A DNA stretch of 64,000 nt from Nemertoderma westbladi (Eukaryota > Animalia > Xenacoelomorpha): positions 31,896 to 95,895 of the forward strand of contig JAUCBJ010009046.1 of assembly GCA_032718475.1 (NCBI GenBank), read 5' to 3'. The notes beneath the pieces are model-generated. The model saw only the letters and a list, made by a program, of their open reading frames with translations, searched no databases and had not been told where the DNA came from. How positions within the stretch are numbered: position 1 is the first letter of the stretch; every line of letters begins with the position of its first letter. This document shows positions 15,201 to 30,200 of the stretch, in pieces. The position numbers and the translations under genes are program-made.

Positions 15201-18200
15201 AGTACCATCCGTAAGTCACACAATCACTTACAACATCTAGTACCATCCGTAAGTCATATACAATCACTTACAACATCTAGTACCATCCGTATGTCATACA
15301 ATCACTTACAACATCTAGTACCATCCGTATGTCATACAATCACTTACAACATCTAGTACCATCCGTAAGTCATATACAATCACTTACAACATCTAGTACC
15401 ATCCGTAAGTCATATACAATCACTTACAACATCTAGTACCATCCGTAAGTCATATACAATCACTTACAACATCTAGTACCATCCGTAAGTCATATACAAT
15501 CACTTACAACATCTAGTACCATCCGTAAGTCATATACAATCACTTACAACATCTAGTACCATCCGTAAGTCATATACAATCACTTACAACATCTAGTACC
15601 ATCCGTAAGTCATATACAATCACTTACAACATCTAGTACCATCCGTAAGTCATATACAATCACTTACAACATCTAGTACCATCCGTAAGTCATATACAAT
15701 CACTTACAACATCTAGTACCATCCGTATGTCATACAATCACTTACAACATCTAGTACCATCCGTAAGTCATATACAATCACTTACAACATCTAGTACCAT
15801 CCGTAAGTCATATACAATCACTTACAACATCTAGTACCATCCGTATGTCATACAATCACTTACAACATCTAGTACCATCCGTATGTCATATACAATCACT
15901 TACAACATCTAGTACCATCCGTATGTCATACAATCACTTACAACATCTAGTACCATCCGTATGTCATACAATCACTTACAACATCTAGTACCATCCGTAT
16001 GTCATACAATCACTTACAACATCTAGTACCATCCGTATGTCATACAATCACTTACAACATCTAGTACCATCCGTAAGTCATATACAATCACTTACAACAT
16101 CTAGTACCATCCGTATGTCATACAATCACTTACAACATCTAGTACCATCCGTATGTCATACAATCACTTACAACATCTAGTACCATCCGTATGTCATACA
16201 ATCACTTACAACATCTAGTACCATCCGTATGTCATACAATCACTTACAACATCTAGTACCATCCGTATGTCATACAATCACTTACAACATCTAGTACCAT
16301 CCGTAAGTCATATACAATCACTTACAACATCTAGTACCATCCGTATGTCATACAATCACTTACAACATCTAGTACCATCCGTATGTCATATACAATCACT
16401 TACAACATCTAGTACCATCCGTATGTCATACAATCACTTACAACATCTAGTACCATCCGTAAGTCATACAATCACTTACAACATCTAGTACCATCCGTAA
16501 GTCATATACAATCACTTACAACATCTAGTACCATCCGTAAGTCATATACAATCACTTACAACATCTAGTACCATCCGTATGTCATACAATCACTTACAAC
16601 ATCTAGTACCATCCGTAAGTCATATACAATCACTTACAACATCTAGTACCATCCGTAAGTCATATACAATCACTTACAACATCTAGTACCATCCGTAAGT
16701 CATACAATCACTTACAACATCTAGTACCATCCGTAAGTCATACAATCACTTACAACATCTAGTACCATCCGTAAGTCATACAATCACTTACAACATCTAG
16801 TACCATCCGTAAGTCATACAATCACTTACAACATCTAGTACCATCCGTATGTCATACAATCACTTACAACATCTAGTACCATCCGTATGTCATACAATCA
16901 CTTACAACATCTAGTACCATCCGTATGTCATATACAATCACTTACAACATCTAGTACCATCCGTATGTCATACAATCACTTACAACATCTAGTACCATCC
17001 GTATGTCATACAATCACTTACAACATCTAGTACCATCCGTATGTCATACAATCACTTACAACATCTAGTACCATCCGTATGTCATACAATCACTTACAAC
17101 ATCTAGTACCATCCGTAAGTCATATACAATCACTTACAACATCTAGTACCATCCGTATGTCATACAATCACTTACAACATCTAGTACCATCCGTATGTCA
17201 TACAATCACTTACAACATCTAGTACCATCCGTATGTCATACAATCACTTACAACATCTAGTACCATCCGTATGTCATACAATCACTTACAACATCTAGTA
17301 CCATCCGTATGTCATATACAATCACTTACAACATCTAGTACCATCCGTATGTCATACAATCACTTACAACATCTAGTACCATCCGTATGTCATACAATCA
17401 CTTACAACATCTAGTACCATCCGTATGTCATACAATCACTTACAACATCTAGTACCATCCGTATGTCATACAATCACTTACAACATCTAGTACCATCCGT
17501 AAGTCATATACAATCACTTACAACATCTAGTACCATCCGTATGTCATACAATCACTTACAACATCTAGTACCATCCGTATGTCATACAATCACTTACAAC
17601 ATCTAGTACCATCCGTATGTCATACAATCACTTACAACATCTAGTACCATCCGTATGTCATACAATCACTTACAACATCTAGTACCATCCGTATGTCATA
17701 TACAATCACTTACAACATCTAGTACCATCCGTATGTCATACAATCACTTACAACATCTAGTACCATCCGTATGTCATACAATCACTTACAACATCTAGTA
17801 CCATCCGTAAGTCATATACAATCACTTACAACATCTAGTACCATCCGTAAGTCATACAATCACTTACAACATCTAGTACCATCCGTAAGTCATACAATCA
17901 CTTACAACATCTAGTACCATCCGTATGTCATACAATCACTTACAACATCTAGTACCATCCGTAAGTCATACAATCACTTACAACATCTAGTACCATCCGT
18001 ATGTCATACAATCACTTACAACATCTAGTACCATCCGTATGTCATACAATCACTTACAACATCTAGTACCATCCGTATGTCATATACAATCACTTACAAC
18101 ATCTAGTACCATCCGTATGTCATACAATCACTTACAACATCTAGTACCATCCGTATGTCATACAATCACTTACAACATCTAGTACCATCCGTATGTCATA

Positions 18201-21200
18201 TACAATCACTTACAACATCTAGTACCATCCGTATGTCATACAATCACTTACAACATCTAGTACCATCCGTATGTCATACAATCACTTACAACATCTAGTA
18301 CCATCCGTATGTCATATACAATCACTTACAACATCTAGTACCATCCGTATGTCATACAATCACTTACAACATCTAGTACCATCCGTATGTCATACAATCA
18401 CTTACAACATCTAGTACCATCCGTAAGTCATATACAATCACTTACAACATCTAGTACCATCCGTAAGTCATACAATCACTTACAACATCTAGTACCATCC
18501 GTATGTCATACAATCACTTACAACATCTAGTACCATCCGTAAGTCATACAATCACTTACAACATCTAGTACCATCCGTATGTCATACAATCACTTACAAC
18601 ATCTAGTACCATCCGTATGTCATACAATCACTTACAACATCTAGTACCATCCGTATGTCATATACAATCACTTACAACATCTAGTACCATCCGTATGTCA
18701 TACAATCACTTACAACATCTAGTACCATCCGTATGTCATACAATCACTTACAACATCTAGTACCATCCGTAAGTCATATACAATCACTTACAACATCTAG
18801 TACCATCCGTAAGTCATACAATCACTTACAACATCTAGTACCATCCGTAAGTCATATACAATCACTTACAACATCTAGTACCATCCGTAAGTCATACAAT
18901 CACTTACAACATCTAGTACCATCCGTAAGTCATACAATCACTTACAACATCTAGTACCATCCGTAAGTCATATACAATCACTTACAACATCTAGTACCAT
19001 CCGTAAGTCATACAATCACTTACAACATCTAGTACCATCCGTATGTCATACAATCACTTACAACATCTAGTACCATCCGTATGTCATACAATCACTTACA
19101 ACATCTAGTACCATCCGTATGTCATACAATCACTTACAACATCTAGTACCATCCGTAAGTCATACAATCACTTACAACATCTAGTACCATCCGTAAGTCA
19201 TACAATCACTTACAACATCTAGTACCATCCGTATGTCATACAATCACTTACAACATCTAGTACCATCCGTATGTCATACAATCACTTACAACATCTAGTA
19301 CCATCCGTAAGTCATATACAATCACTTACAACATCTAGTACCATCCGTAAGTCATACAATCACTTACAACATCTAGTACCATCCGTAAGTCATACAATCA
19401 CTTACAACATCTAGTACCATCCGTAAGTCATACAATCACTTACAACATCTAGTACCATCCGTAAGTCATATACAATCACTTACAACATCTAGTACCATCC
19501 GTATGTCATACACAATCACTTACAACATCTAGTACCATCCGTATGTCATACAATCACTTACAACATCTAGTACCATCCGTAAGTCATACAATCACTTACA
19601 ACATCTAGTACCATCCGTAAGTCATATACAATCACTTACAACATCTAGTACCATCCGTAAGTCATATACAATCACTTACAACATCTAGTACCATCCGTAA
19701 GTCATATACAATCACTTACAACATCTAGTACCATCCGTAAGTCATATACAATCACTTACAACATCTAGTACCATCCGTAAGTCATATACAATCACTTACA
19801 ACATCTAGTACCATCCGTAAGTCATATACAATCACTTACAACATCTAGTACCATCCGTAAGTCATATACAATCACTTACAACATCTAGTACCATCCGTAA
19901 GTCATATACAATCACTTACAACATCTAGTACCATCCGTAAGTCATATACAATCACTTACAACATCTAGTACCATCCGTAAGTCACACAATCACTTACAAC
20001 ATCTAGTACCATCCGTAAGTCATACAATCACTTACAACATCTAGTACCATCCGTAAGTCATATACAATCACTTACAACATCTAGTACCATCCGTAAGTCA
20101 TACAATCACTTACAACATCTAGTACCATCCGTAAGTCATACAATCACTTACAACATCTAGTACCATCCGTATGTCATACAATCACTTACAACATCTAGTA
20201 CCATCCGTATGTCATACAATCACTTACAACATCTAGTACCATCCGTAAGTCATATACAATCACTTACAACATCTAGTACCATCCGTAAGTCATATACAAT
20301 CACTTACAACATCTAGTACCATCCGTAAGTCATACAATCACTTACAACATCTAGTACCATCCGTAAGTCATATACAATCACTTACAACATCTAGTACCAT
20401 CCGTATGTCACACAATCACTTACAACATCTAGTACCATCCGTAAGTCATATACAATCACTTACAACATCTAGTACCATCCGTAAGTCATATACAATCACT
20501 TACAACATCTAGTACCATCCGTATGTCACACAATCACTTACAACATCTAGTACCATCCGTAAGTCATATACAATCACTTACAACATCTAGTACCATCCGT
20601 ATGTCACACAATCACTTACAACATCTAGTACCATCCGTATGTCACACAATCACTTACAACATCTAGTACCATCCGTATGTCACACAATCACTTACAACAT
20701 CTAGTACCATCCGTATGTCATACAATCACTTACAACATCTAGTACCATCCGTATGTCACACAATCACTTACAACATCTAGTACCATCCGTAAGTCATATA
20801 CAATCACTTACAACATCTAGTACCATCCGTATGTCACACAATCACTTACAACATCTAGTACCATCCGTATGTCATACAATCACTTACAACATCTAGTACC
20901 ATCCGTAAGTCATACAATCACTTACAACATCTAGTACCATCCGTATGTCATACAATCACTTACAACATCTAGTACCATCCGTATGTCATACAATCACTTA
21001 CAACATCTAGTACCATCCGTAAGTCATACAATCACTTACAACATCTAGTACCATCCGTATGTCATACAATCACTNNNNNNNNNNNNNNNNNNNNNNNNNN
21101 NNNNNNNNNNNNNNNNNNNNNNNNNNNNNNNNNNNNNNNNNNNNNNNNNNNNNNNNNNNNNNNNNNNNNNNNNNCAATCACTTACAACATCTAGTACCAT

Positions 21201-24200
21201 CCGTATGTCATACAATCACTTACAACATCTAGTACCATCCGTAAGTCATACAATCACTTACAACATCTAGTACCATCCGTAAGTCATACAATCACTTACA
21301 ACATCTAGTACCATCCGTATGTCATACAATCACTTACAACATCTAGTACCATCCGTAAGTCATACAATCACTTACAACATCTAGTACCATCCGTATGTCA
21401 TACAATCACTTACAACATCTAGTACCATCCGTATGTCATACAATCACTTACAACATCTAGTACCATCCGTAAGTCATATACAATCACTTACAACATCTAG
21501 TACCATCCGTAAGTCATATACAATCACTTACAACATCTAGTACCATCCGTAAGTCATATACAATCACTTACAACATCTAGTACCATCCGTAAGTCATACA
21601 ATCACTTACAACATCTAGTACCATCCGTATGTCATACAATCACTTACAACATCTAGTACCATCCGTAAGTCATATACAATCACTTACAACATCTAGTACC
21701 ATCCGTAAGTCATACAATCACTTACAACATCTAGTACCATCCGTAAGTCATACAATCACTTACAACATCTAGTACCATCCGTAAGTCATACAATCACTTA
21801 CAACATCTAGTACCATCCGTAAGTCATACAATCACTTACAACATCTAGTACCATCCGTAAGTCATACAATCACTTACAACATCTAGTACCATCCGTAAGT
21901 CATATACAATCACTTACAACATCTAGTACCATCCGTAAGTCATATACAATCACTTACAACATCTAGTACCATCCGTATGTCATACAATCACTTACAACAT
22001 CTAGTACCATCCGTAAGTCATATACAATCACTTACAACATCTAGTACCATCCGTATGTCATACAATCACTTACAACATCTAGTACCATCCGTAAGTCATA
22101 TACAATCACTTACAACATCTAGTACCATCCGTAAGTCATATACAATCACTTACAACATCTAGTACCATCCGTAAGTCATACAATCACTTACAACATCTAG
22201 TACCATCCGTAAGTCATACAATCACTTACAACATCTAGTACCATCCGTAAGTCATACAATCACTTACAACATCTAGTACCATCCGTAAGTCATATCAATC
22301 ACTTACAACATCTAGTACCATCCGTAAGTCATATACAATCACTTACAACATCTAGTACCATCCGTAAGTCATATACAATCACTTACAACATCTAGTACCA
22401 TCCGTAAGTCATATACAATCACTTACAACATCTAGTACCATCCGTAAGTCATACAATCACTTACAACATCTAGTACCATCCGTAAGTCATACAATCACTT
22501 ACAACATCTAGTACCATCCGTAAGTCATACAATCACTTACAACATCTAGTACCATCCGTAAGTCATATACAATCACTTACAACATCTAGTACCATCCGTA
22601 AGTCATACAATCACTTACAACATCTAGTACCATCCGTAAGTCATACAATCACTTACAACATCTAGTACCATCCGTATGTCATACAATCACTTACAACATC
22701 TAGTACCATCCGTAAGTCATACAATCACTTACAACATCTAGTACCATCCGTAAGTCATACAATCACTTACAACATCTAGTACCATCCGTAAGTCATACAA
22801 TCACTTACAACATCTAGTACCATCCGTAAGTCATACAATCACTTACAACATCTAGTACCATCCGTATGTCATACAATCACTTACAACATCTAGTACCATC
22901 CGTAAGTCATACAATCACTTACAACATCTAGTACCATCCGTAAGTCATATACAATCACTTACAACATCTAGTACCATCCGTAAGTCATATACAATCACTT
23001 ACAACATCTAGTACCATCCGTAAGTCATATACAATCACTTACAACATCTAGTACCATCCGTAAGTCATACAATCACTTACAACATCTAGTACCATCCGTA
23101 AGTCATATACAATCACTTACAACATCTAGTACCATCCGTAAGTCATACAATCACTTACAACATCTAGTACCATCCGTAAGTCATATACAATCACTTACAA
23201 CATCTAGTACCATCCGTAAGTCATATACAATCACTTACAACATCTAGTACCATCCGTAAGTCATACAATCACTTACAACATCTAGTACCATCCGTAAGTC
23301 ATACAATCACTTACAACATCTAGTACCATCCGTAAGTCATACAATCACTTACAACATCTAGTACCATCCGTAAGTCATATACAATCACTTACAACATCTA
23401 GTACCATCCGTAAGTCATATACAATCACTTACAACATCTAGTACCATCCGTAAGTCATACAATCACTTACAACATCTAGTACCATCCGTAAGTCATACAA
23501 TCACTTACAACATCTAGTACCATCCGTAAGTCATATACAATCACTTACAACATCTAGTACCATCCGTAAGTCATACAATCACTTACAACATCTAGTACCA
23601 TCCGTAAGTCATATACAATCACTTACAACATCTAGTACCATCCGTAAGTCATATACAATCACTTACAACATCTAGTACCATCCGTAAGTCATACAATCAC
23701 TTACAACATCTAGTACCATCCGTAAGTCATATACAATCACTTACAACATCTAGTACCATCCGTAAGTCATACAATCACTTACAACATCTAGTACCATCCG
23801 TAAGTCATATACAATCACTTACAACATCTAGTACCATCCGTAAGTCATACAATCACTTACAACATCTAGTACCATCCGTAAGTCATACAATCACTTACAA
23901 CATCTAGTACCATCCGTAAGTCATACAATCACTTACAACATCTAGTACCATCCGTAAGTCATACAATCACTTACAACATCTAGTACCATCCGTAAGTCAT
24001 ATACAATCACTTACAACATCTAGTACCATCCGTAAGTCATACAATCACTTACAACATCTAGTACCATCCGTAAGTCATATACAATCACTTACAACATCTA
24101 GTACCATCCGTAAGTCATATACAATCACTTACAACATCTAGTACCATCCGTAAGTCATATACAATCACTTACAACATCTAGTACCATCCGTAAGTCATAC

Positions 24201-27200
24201 AATCACTTACAACATCTAGTACCATCCGTATGTCATACAATCACTTACAACATCTAGTACCATCCGTAAGTCATATACAATCACTTACAACATCTAGTAC
24301 CATCCGTAAGTCATACAATCACTTACAACATCTAGTACCATCCGTAAGTCATATACAATCACTTACAACATCTAGTACCATCCGTAAGTCATATACAATC
24401 ACTTACAACATCTAGTACCATCCGTAAGTCATATACAATCACTTACAACATCTAGTACCATCCGTAAGTCATATACAATCACTTACAACATCTAGTACCA
24501 TCCGTAAGTCATATACAATCACTTACAACATCTAGTACCATCCGTAAGTCATATACAATCACTTACAACATCTAGTACCATCCGTAAGTCATATACAATC
24601 ACTTACAACATCTAGTACCATCCGTATGTCATACAATCACTTACAACATCTAGTACCATCCGTAAGTCATATACAATCACTTACAACATCTAGTACCATC
24701 CGTAAGTCATATACAATCACTTACAACATCTAGTACCATCCGTATGTCATACAATCACTTACAACATCTAGTACCATCCGTAAGTCATATACAATCACTT
24801 ACAACATCTAGTACCATCCGTATGTCATACAATCACTTACAACATCTAGTACCATCCGTAAGTCATACAATCACTTACAACATCTAGTACCATCCGTATG
24901 TCATACAATCACTTACAACATCTAGTACCATCCGTAAGTCATATACAATCACTTACAACATCTAGTACCATCCGTAAGTCATATACAATCACTTACAACA
25001 TCTAGTACCATCCGTAAGTCATACAATCACTTACAACATCTAGTACCATCCGTATGTCATACAATCACTTACAACATCTAGTACCATCCGTAAGTCATAC
25101 AATCACTTACAACATCTAGTACCATCCGTAAGTCATACAATCACTTACAACATCTAGTACCATCCGTAAGTCATATACAATCACTTACAACATCTAGTAC
25201 CATCCGTAAGTCATATACAATCACTTACAACATCTAGTACCATCCGTAAGTCATATACAATCACTTACAACATCTAGTACCATCCGTAAGTCATACAATC
25301 ACTTACAACATCTAGTACCATCCGTAAGTCATATACAATCACTTACAACATCTAGTACCATCCGTATGTCATACAATCACTTACAACATCTAGTACCATC
25401 CGTAAGTCATATACAATCACTTACAACATCTAGTACCATCCGTAAGTCATATACAATCACTTACAACATCTAGTACCATCCGTATGTCATACAATCACTT
25501 ACAACATCTAGTACCATCCGTAAGTCATACAATCACTTACAACATCTAGTACCATCCGTAAGTCATACAATCACTTACAACATCTAGTACCATCCGTAAG
25601 TCATATACAATCACTTACAACATCTAGTACCATCCGTAAGTCATATACAATCACTTACAACATCTAGTACCATCCGTAAGTCATACAATCACTTACAACA
25701 TCTAGTACCATCCGTAAGTCATATACAATCACTTACAACATCTAGTACCATCCGTATGTCATACAATCACTTACAACATCTAGTACCATCCGTAAGTCAT
25801 ATACAATCACTTACAACATCTAGTACCATCCGTATGTCATACAATCACTTACAACATCTAGTACCATCCGTAAGTCATATACAATCACTTACAACATCTA
25901 GTACCATCCGTAAGTCATATACAATCACTTACAACATCTAGTACCATCCGTAAGTCATACAATCACTTACAACATCTAGTACCATCCGTAAGTCATACAA
26001 TCACTTACAACATCTAGTACCATCCGTATGTCATACAATCACTTACAACATCTAGTACCATCCGTAAGTCATATACAATCACTTACAACATCTAGTACCA
26101 TCCGTAAGTCATATACAATCACTTACAACATCTAGTACCATCCGTAAGTCATACAATCACTTACAACATCTAGTACCATCCGTAAGTCATATACAATCAC
26201 TTACAACATCTAGTACCATCCGTAAGTCATACAATCACTTACAACATCTAGTACCATCCGTAAGTCATACAATCACTTACAACATCTAGTACCATCCGTA
26301 AGTCATATACAATCACTTACAACATCTAGTACCATCCGTAAGTCATACAATCACTTACAACATCTAGTACCATCCGTAAGTCATATACAATCACTTACAA
26401 CATCTAGTACCATCCGTAAGTCATATACAATCACTTACAACATCTAGTACCATCCGTAAGTCATACAATCACTTACAACATCTAGTACCATCCGTAAGTC
26501 ATATACAATCACTTACAACATCTAGTACCATCCGTAAGTCATACAATCACTTACAACATCTAGTACCATCCGTAAGTCATATACAATCACTTACAACATC
26601 TAGTACCATCCGTAAGTCATATACAATCACTTACAACATCTAGTACCATCCGTAAGTCATATACAATCACTTACAACATCTAGTACCATCCGTAAGTCAT
26701 ACAATCACTTACAACATCTAGTACCATCCGTATGTCATACAATCACTTACAACATCTAGTACCATCCGTAAGTCATATACAATCACTTACAACATCTAGT
26801 ACCATCCGTAAGTCATACAATCACTTACAACATCTAGTACCATCCGTAAGTCATATACAATCACTTACAACATCTAGTACCATCCGTAAGTCATACAATC
26901 ACTTACAACATCTAGTACCATCCGTAAGTCATATACAATCACTTACAACATCTAGTACCATCCGTAAGTCGTCATACAATCACTTACAACATCTAGTACC
27001 ATCCGTATGTCATACAATCACTTACAACATCTAGTACCATCCGTAAGTCATATACAATCACTTACAACATCTAGTACCATCCGTAAGTCATATACAATCA
27101 CTTACAACATCTAGTACCATCCGTAAGTCATACAATCACTTACAACATCTAGTACCATCCGTATGTCATATACAATCACTTACAACATCTAGTACCATCC

Positions 27201-30200
27201 GTAAGTCATACAATCACTTACAACATCTAGTACCATCCGTAAGTCATATACAATCACTTACAACATCTAGTACCATCCGTAAGTCATATACAATCACTTA
27301 CAACATCTAGTACCATCCGTATGTCATATACAATCACTTACAACATCTAGTACCATCCGTAAGTCATACAATCACTTACAACATCTAGTACCATCCGTAA
27401 GTCATATACAATCACTTACAACATCTAGTACCATCCGTAAGTCATACAATCACTTACAACATCTAGTACCATCCGTAAGTCATATACAATCACTTACAAC
27501 ATCTAGTACCATCCGTAAGTCATATACAATCACTTACAACATCTAGTACCATCCGTAAGTCATATACAATCACTTACAACATCTAGTACCATCCGTAAGT
27601 CATACAATCACTTACAACATCTAGTACCATCCGTAAGTCATATACAATCACTTACAACATCTAGTACCATCCGTAAGTCGTCATACAATCACTTACAACA
27701 TCTAGTACCATCCGTAAGTCATATACAATCACTTACAACATCTAGTACCATCCGTAAGTCATACAATCACTTACAACATCTAGTACCATCCGTAAGTCAT
27801 ATACAATCACTTACAACATCTAGTACCATCCGTAAGTCATACAATCACTTACAACATCTAGTACCATCCGTATGTCATATACAATCACTTACAACATCTA
27901 GTACCATCCGTAAGTCATATACAATCACTTACAACATCTAGTACCATCCGTAAGTCATATACAATCACTTACAACATCTAGTACCATCCGTAAGTCGGTC
28001 ATACAATCACTTACAACATCTAGTACCATCCGTATGTCATATACAATCACTTACAACATCTAGTACCATCCGTAAGTCGTCATACAATCACTTACAACAT
28101 CTAGTACCATCCGTATGTCATATACAATCACTTACAACATCTAGTACCATCCGTAAGTCGTCATACAATCACTTACAACATCTAGTACCATCCGTAAGTC
28201 ATATACAATCACTTACAACATCTAGTACCATCCGTAAGTCATACAATCACTTACAACATCTAGTACCATCCGTAAGTCATATACAATCACTTACAACATC
28301 TAGTACCATCCGTAAGTCATACAATCACTTACAACATCTAGTACCATCCGTATGTCATATACAATCACTTACAACATCTAGTACCATCCGTAAGTCATAT
28401 ACAATCACTTACAACATCTAGTACCATCCGTAAGTCATATACAATCACTTACAACATCTAGTACCATCCGTAAGTCATACAATCACTTACAACATCTAGT
28501 ACCATCCGTAAGTCATATACAATCACTTACAACATCTAGTACCATCCGTAAGTCATATACAATCACTTACAACATCTAGTACCATCCGTAAGTCATACAA
28601 TCACTTACAACATCTAGTACCATCCGTAAGTCATACAATCACTTACAACATCTAGTACCATCCGTAAGTCATACAATCACTTACAACATCTAGTACCATC
28701 CGTAAGTCATACAATCACTTACAACATCTAGTACCATCCGTAAGTCATACAATCACTTACAACATCTAGTACCATCCGTAAGTCATATACAATCACTTAC
28801 AACATCTAGTACCATCCGTAAGTCATATACAATCACTTACAACATCTAGTACCATCCGTAAGTCATACAATCACTTACAACATCTAGTACCATCCGTAAG
28901 TCATATACAATCACTTACAACATCTAGTACCATCCGTAAGTCATATACAATCACTTACAACATCTAGTACCATCCGTAAGTCATATACAATCACTTACAA
29001 CATCTAGTACCATCCGTAAGTCATATACAATCACTTACAACATCTAGTACCATCCGTATGTCATATACAATCACTTACAACATCTAGTACCATCCGTAAG
29101 TCATATACAATCACTTACAACATCTAGTACCATCCGTATGTCATATACAATCACTTACAACATCTAGTACCATCCGTAAGTCATATACAATCACTTACAA
29201 CATCTAGTACCATCCGTAAGTCATATACAATCACTTACAACATCTAGTACCATCCGTATGTCATATACAATCACTTACAACATCTAGTACCATCCGTAAG
29301 TCATATACAATCACTTACAACATCTAGTACCATCCGTAAGTCATACAATCACTTACAACATCTAGTACCATCCGTAAGTCATATACAATCACTTACAACA
29401 TCTAGTACCATCCGTAAGTCATATACAATCACTTACAACATCTAGTACCATCCGTAAGTCATACAATCACTTACAACATCTAGTACCATCCGTATGTCAT
29501 ATACAATCACTTACAACATCTAGTACCATCCGTATGTCATATACAATCACTTACAACATCTAGTACCATCCGTAAGTCATATACAATCACTTACAACATC
29601 TAGTACCATCCGTATGTCATATACAATCACTTACAACATCTAGTACCATCCGTAAGTCATATACAATCACTTACAACATCTAGTACCATCCGTATGTCAT
29701 ATACAATCACTTACAACATCTAGTACCATCCGTAAGTCATACAATCACTTACAACATCTAGTACCATCCGTAAGTCATATACAATCACTTACAACATCTA
29801 GTACCATCCGTAAGTCATACAATCACTTACAACATCTAGTACCATCCGTAAGTCATATACAATCACTTACAACATCTAGTACCATCCGTAAGTCATACAA
29901 TCACTTACAACATCTAGTACCATCCGTATGTCATATACAATCACTTACAACATCTAGTACCATCCGTATGTCATATACAATCACTTACAACATCTAGTAC
30001 CATCCGTAAGTCATATACAATCACTTACAACATCTAGTACCATCCGTATGTCATATACAATCACTTACAACATCTAGTACCATCCGTAAGTCATATACAA
30101 TCACTTACAACATCTAGTACCATCCGTATGTCATATACAATCACTTACAACATCTAGTACCATCCGTAAGTCATACAATCACTTACAACATCTAGTACCA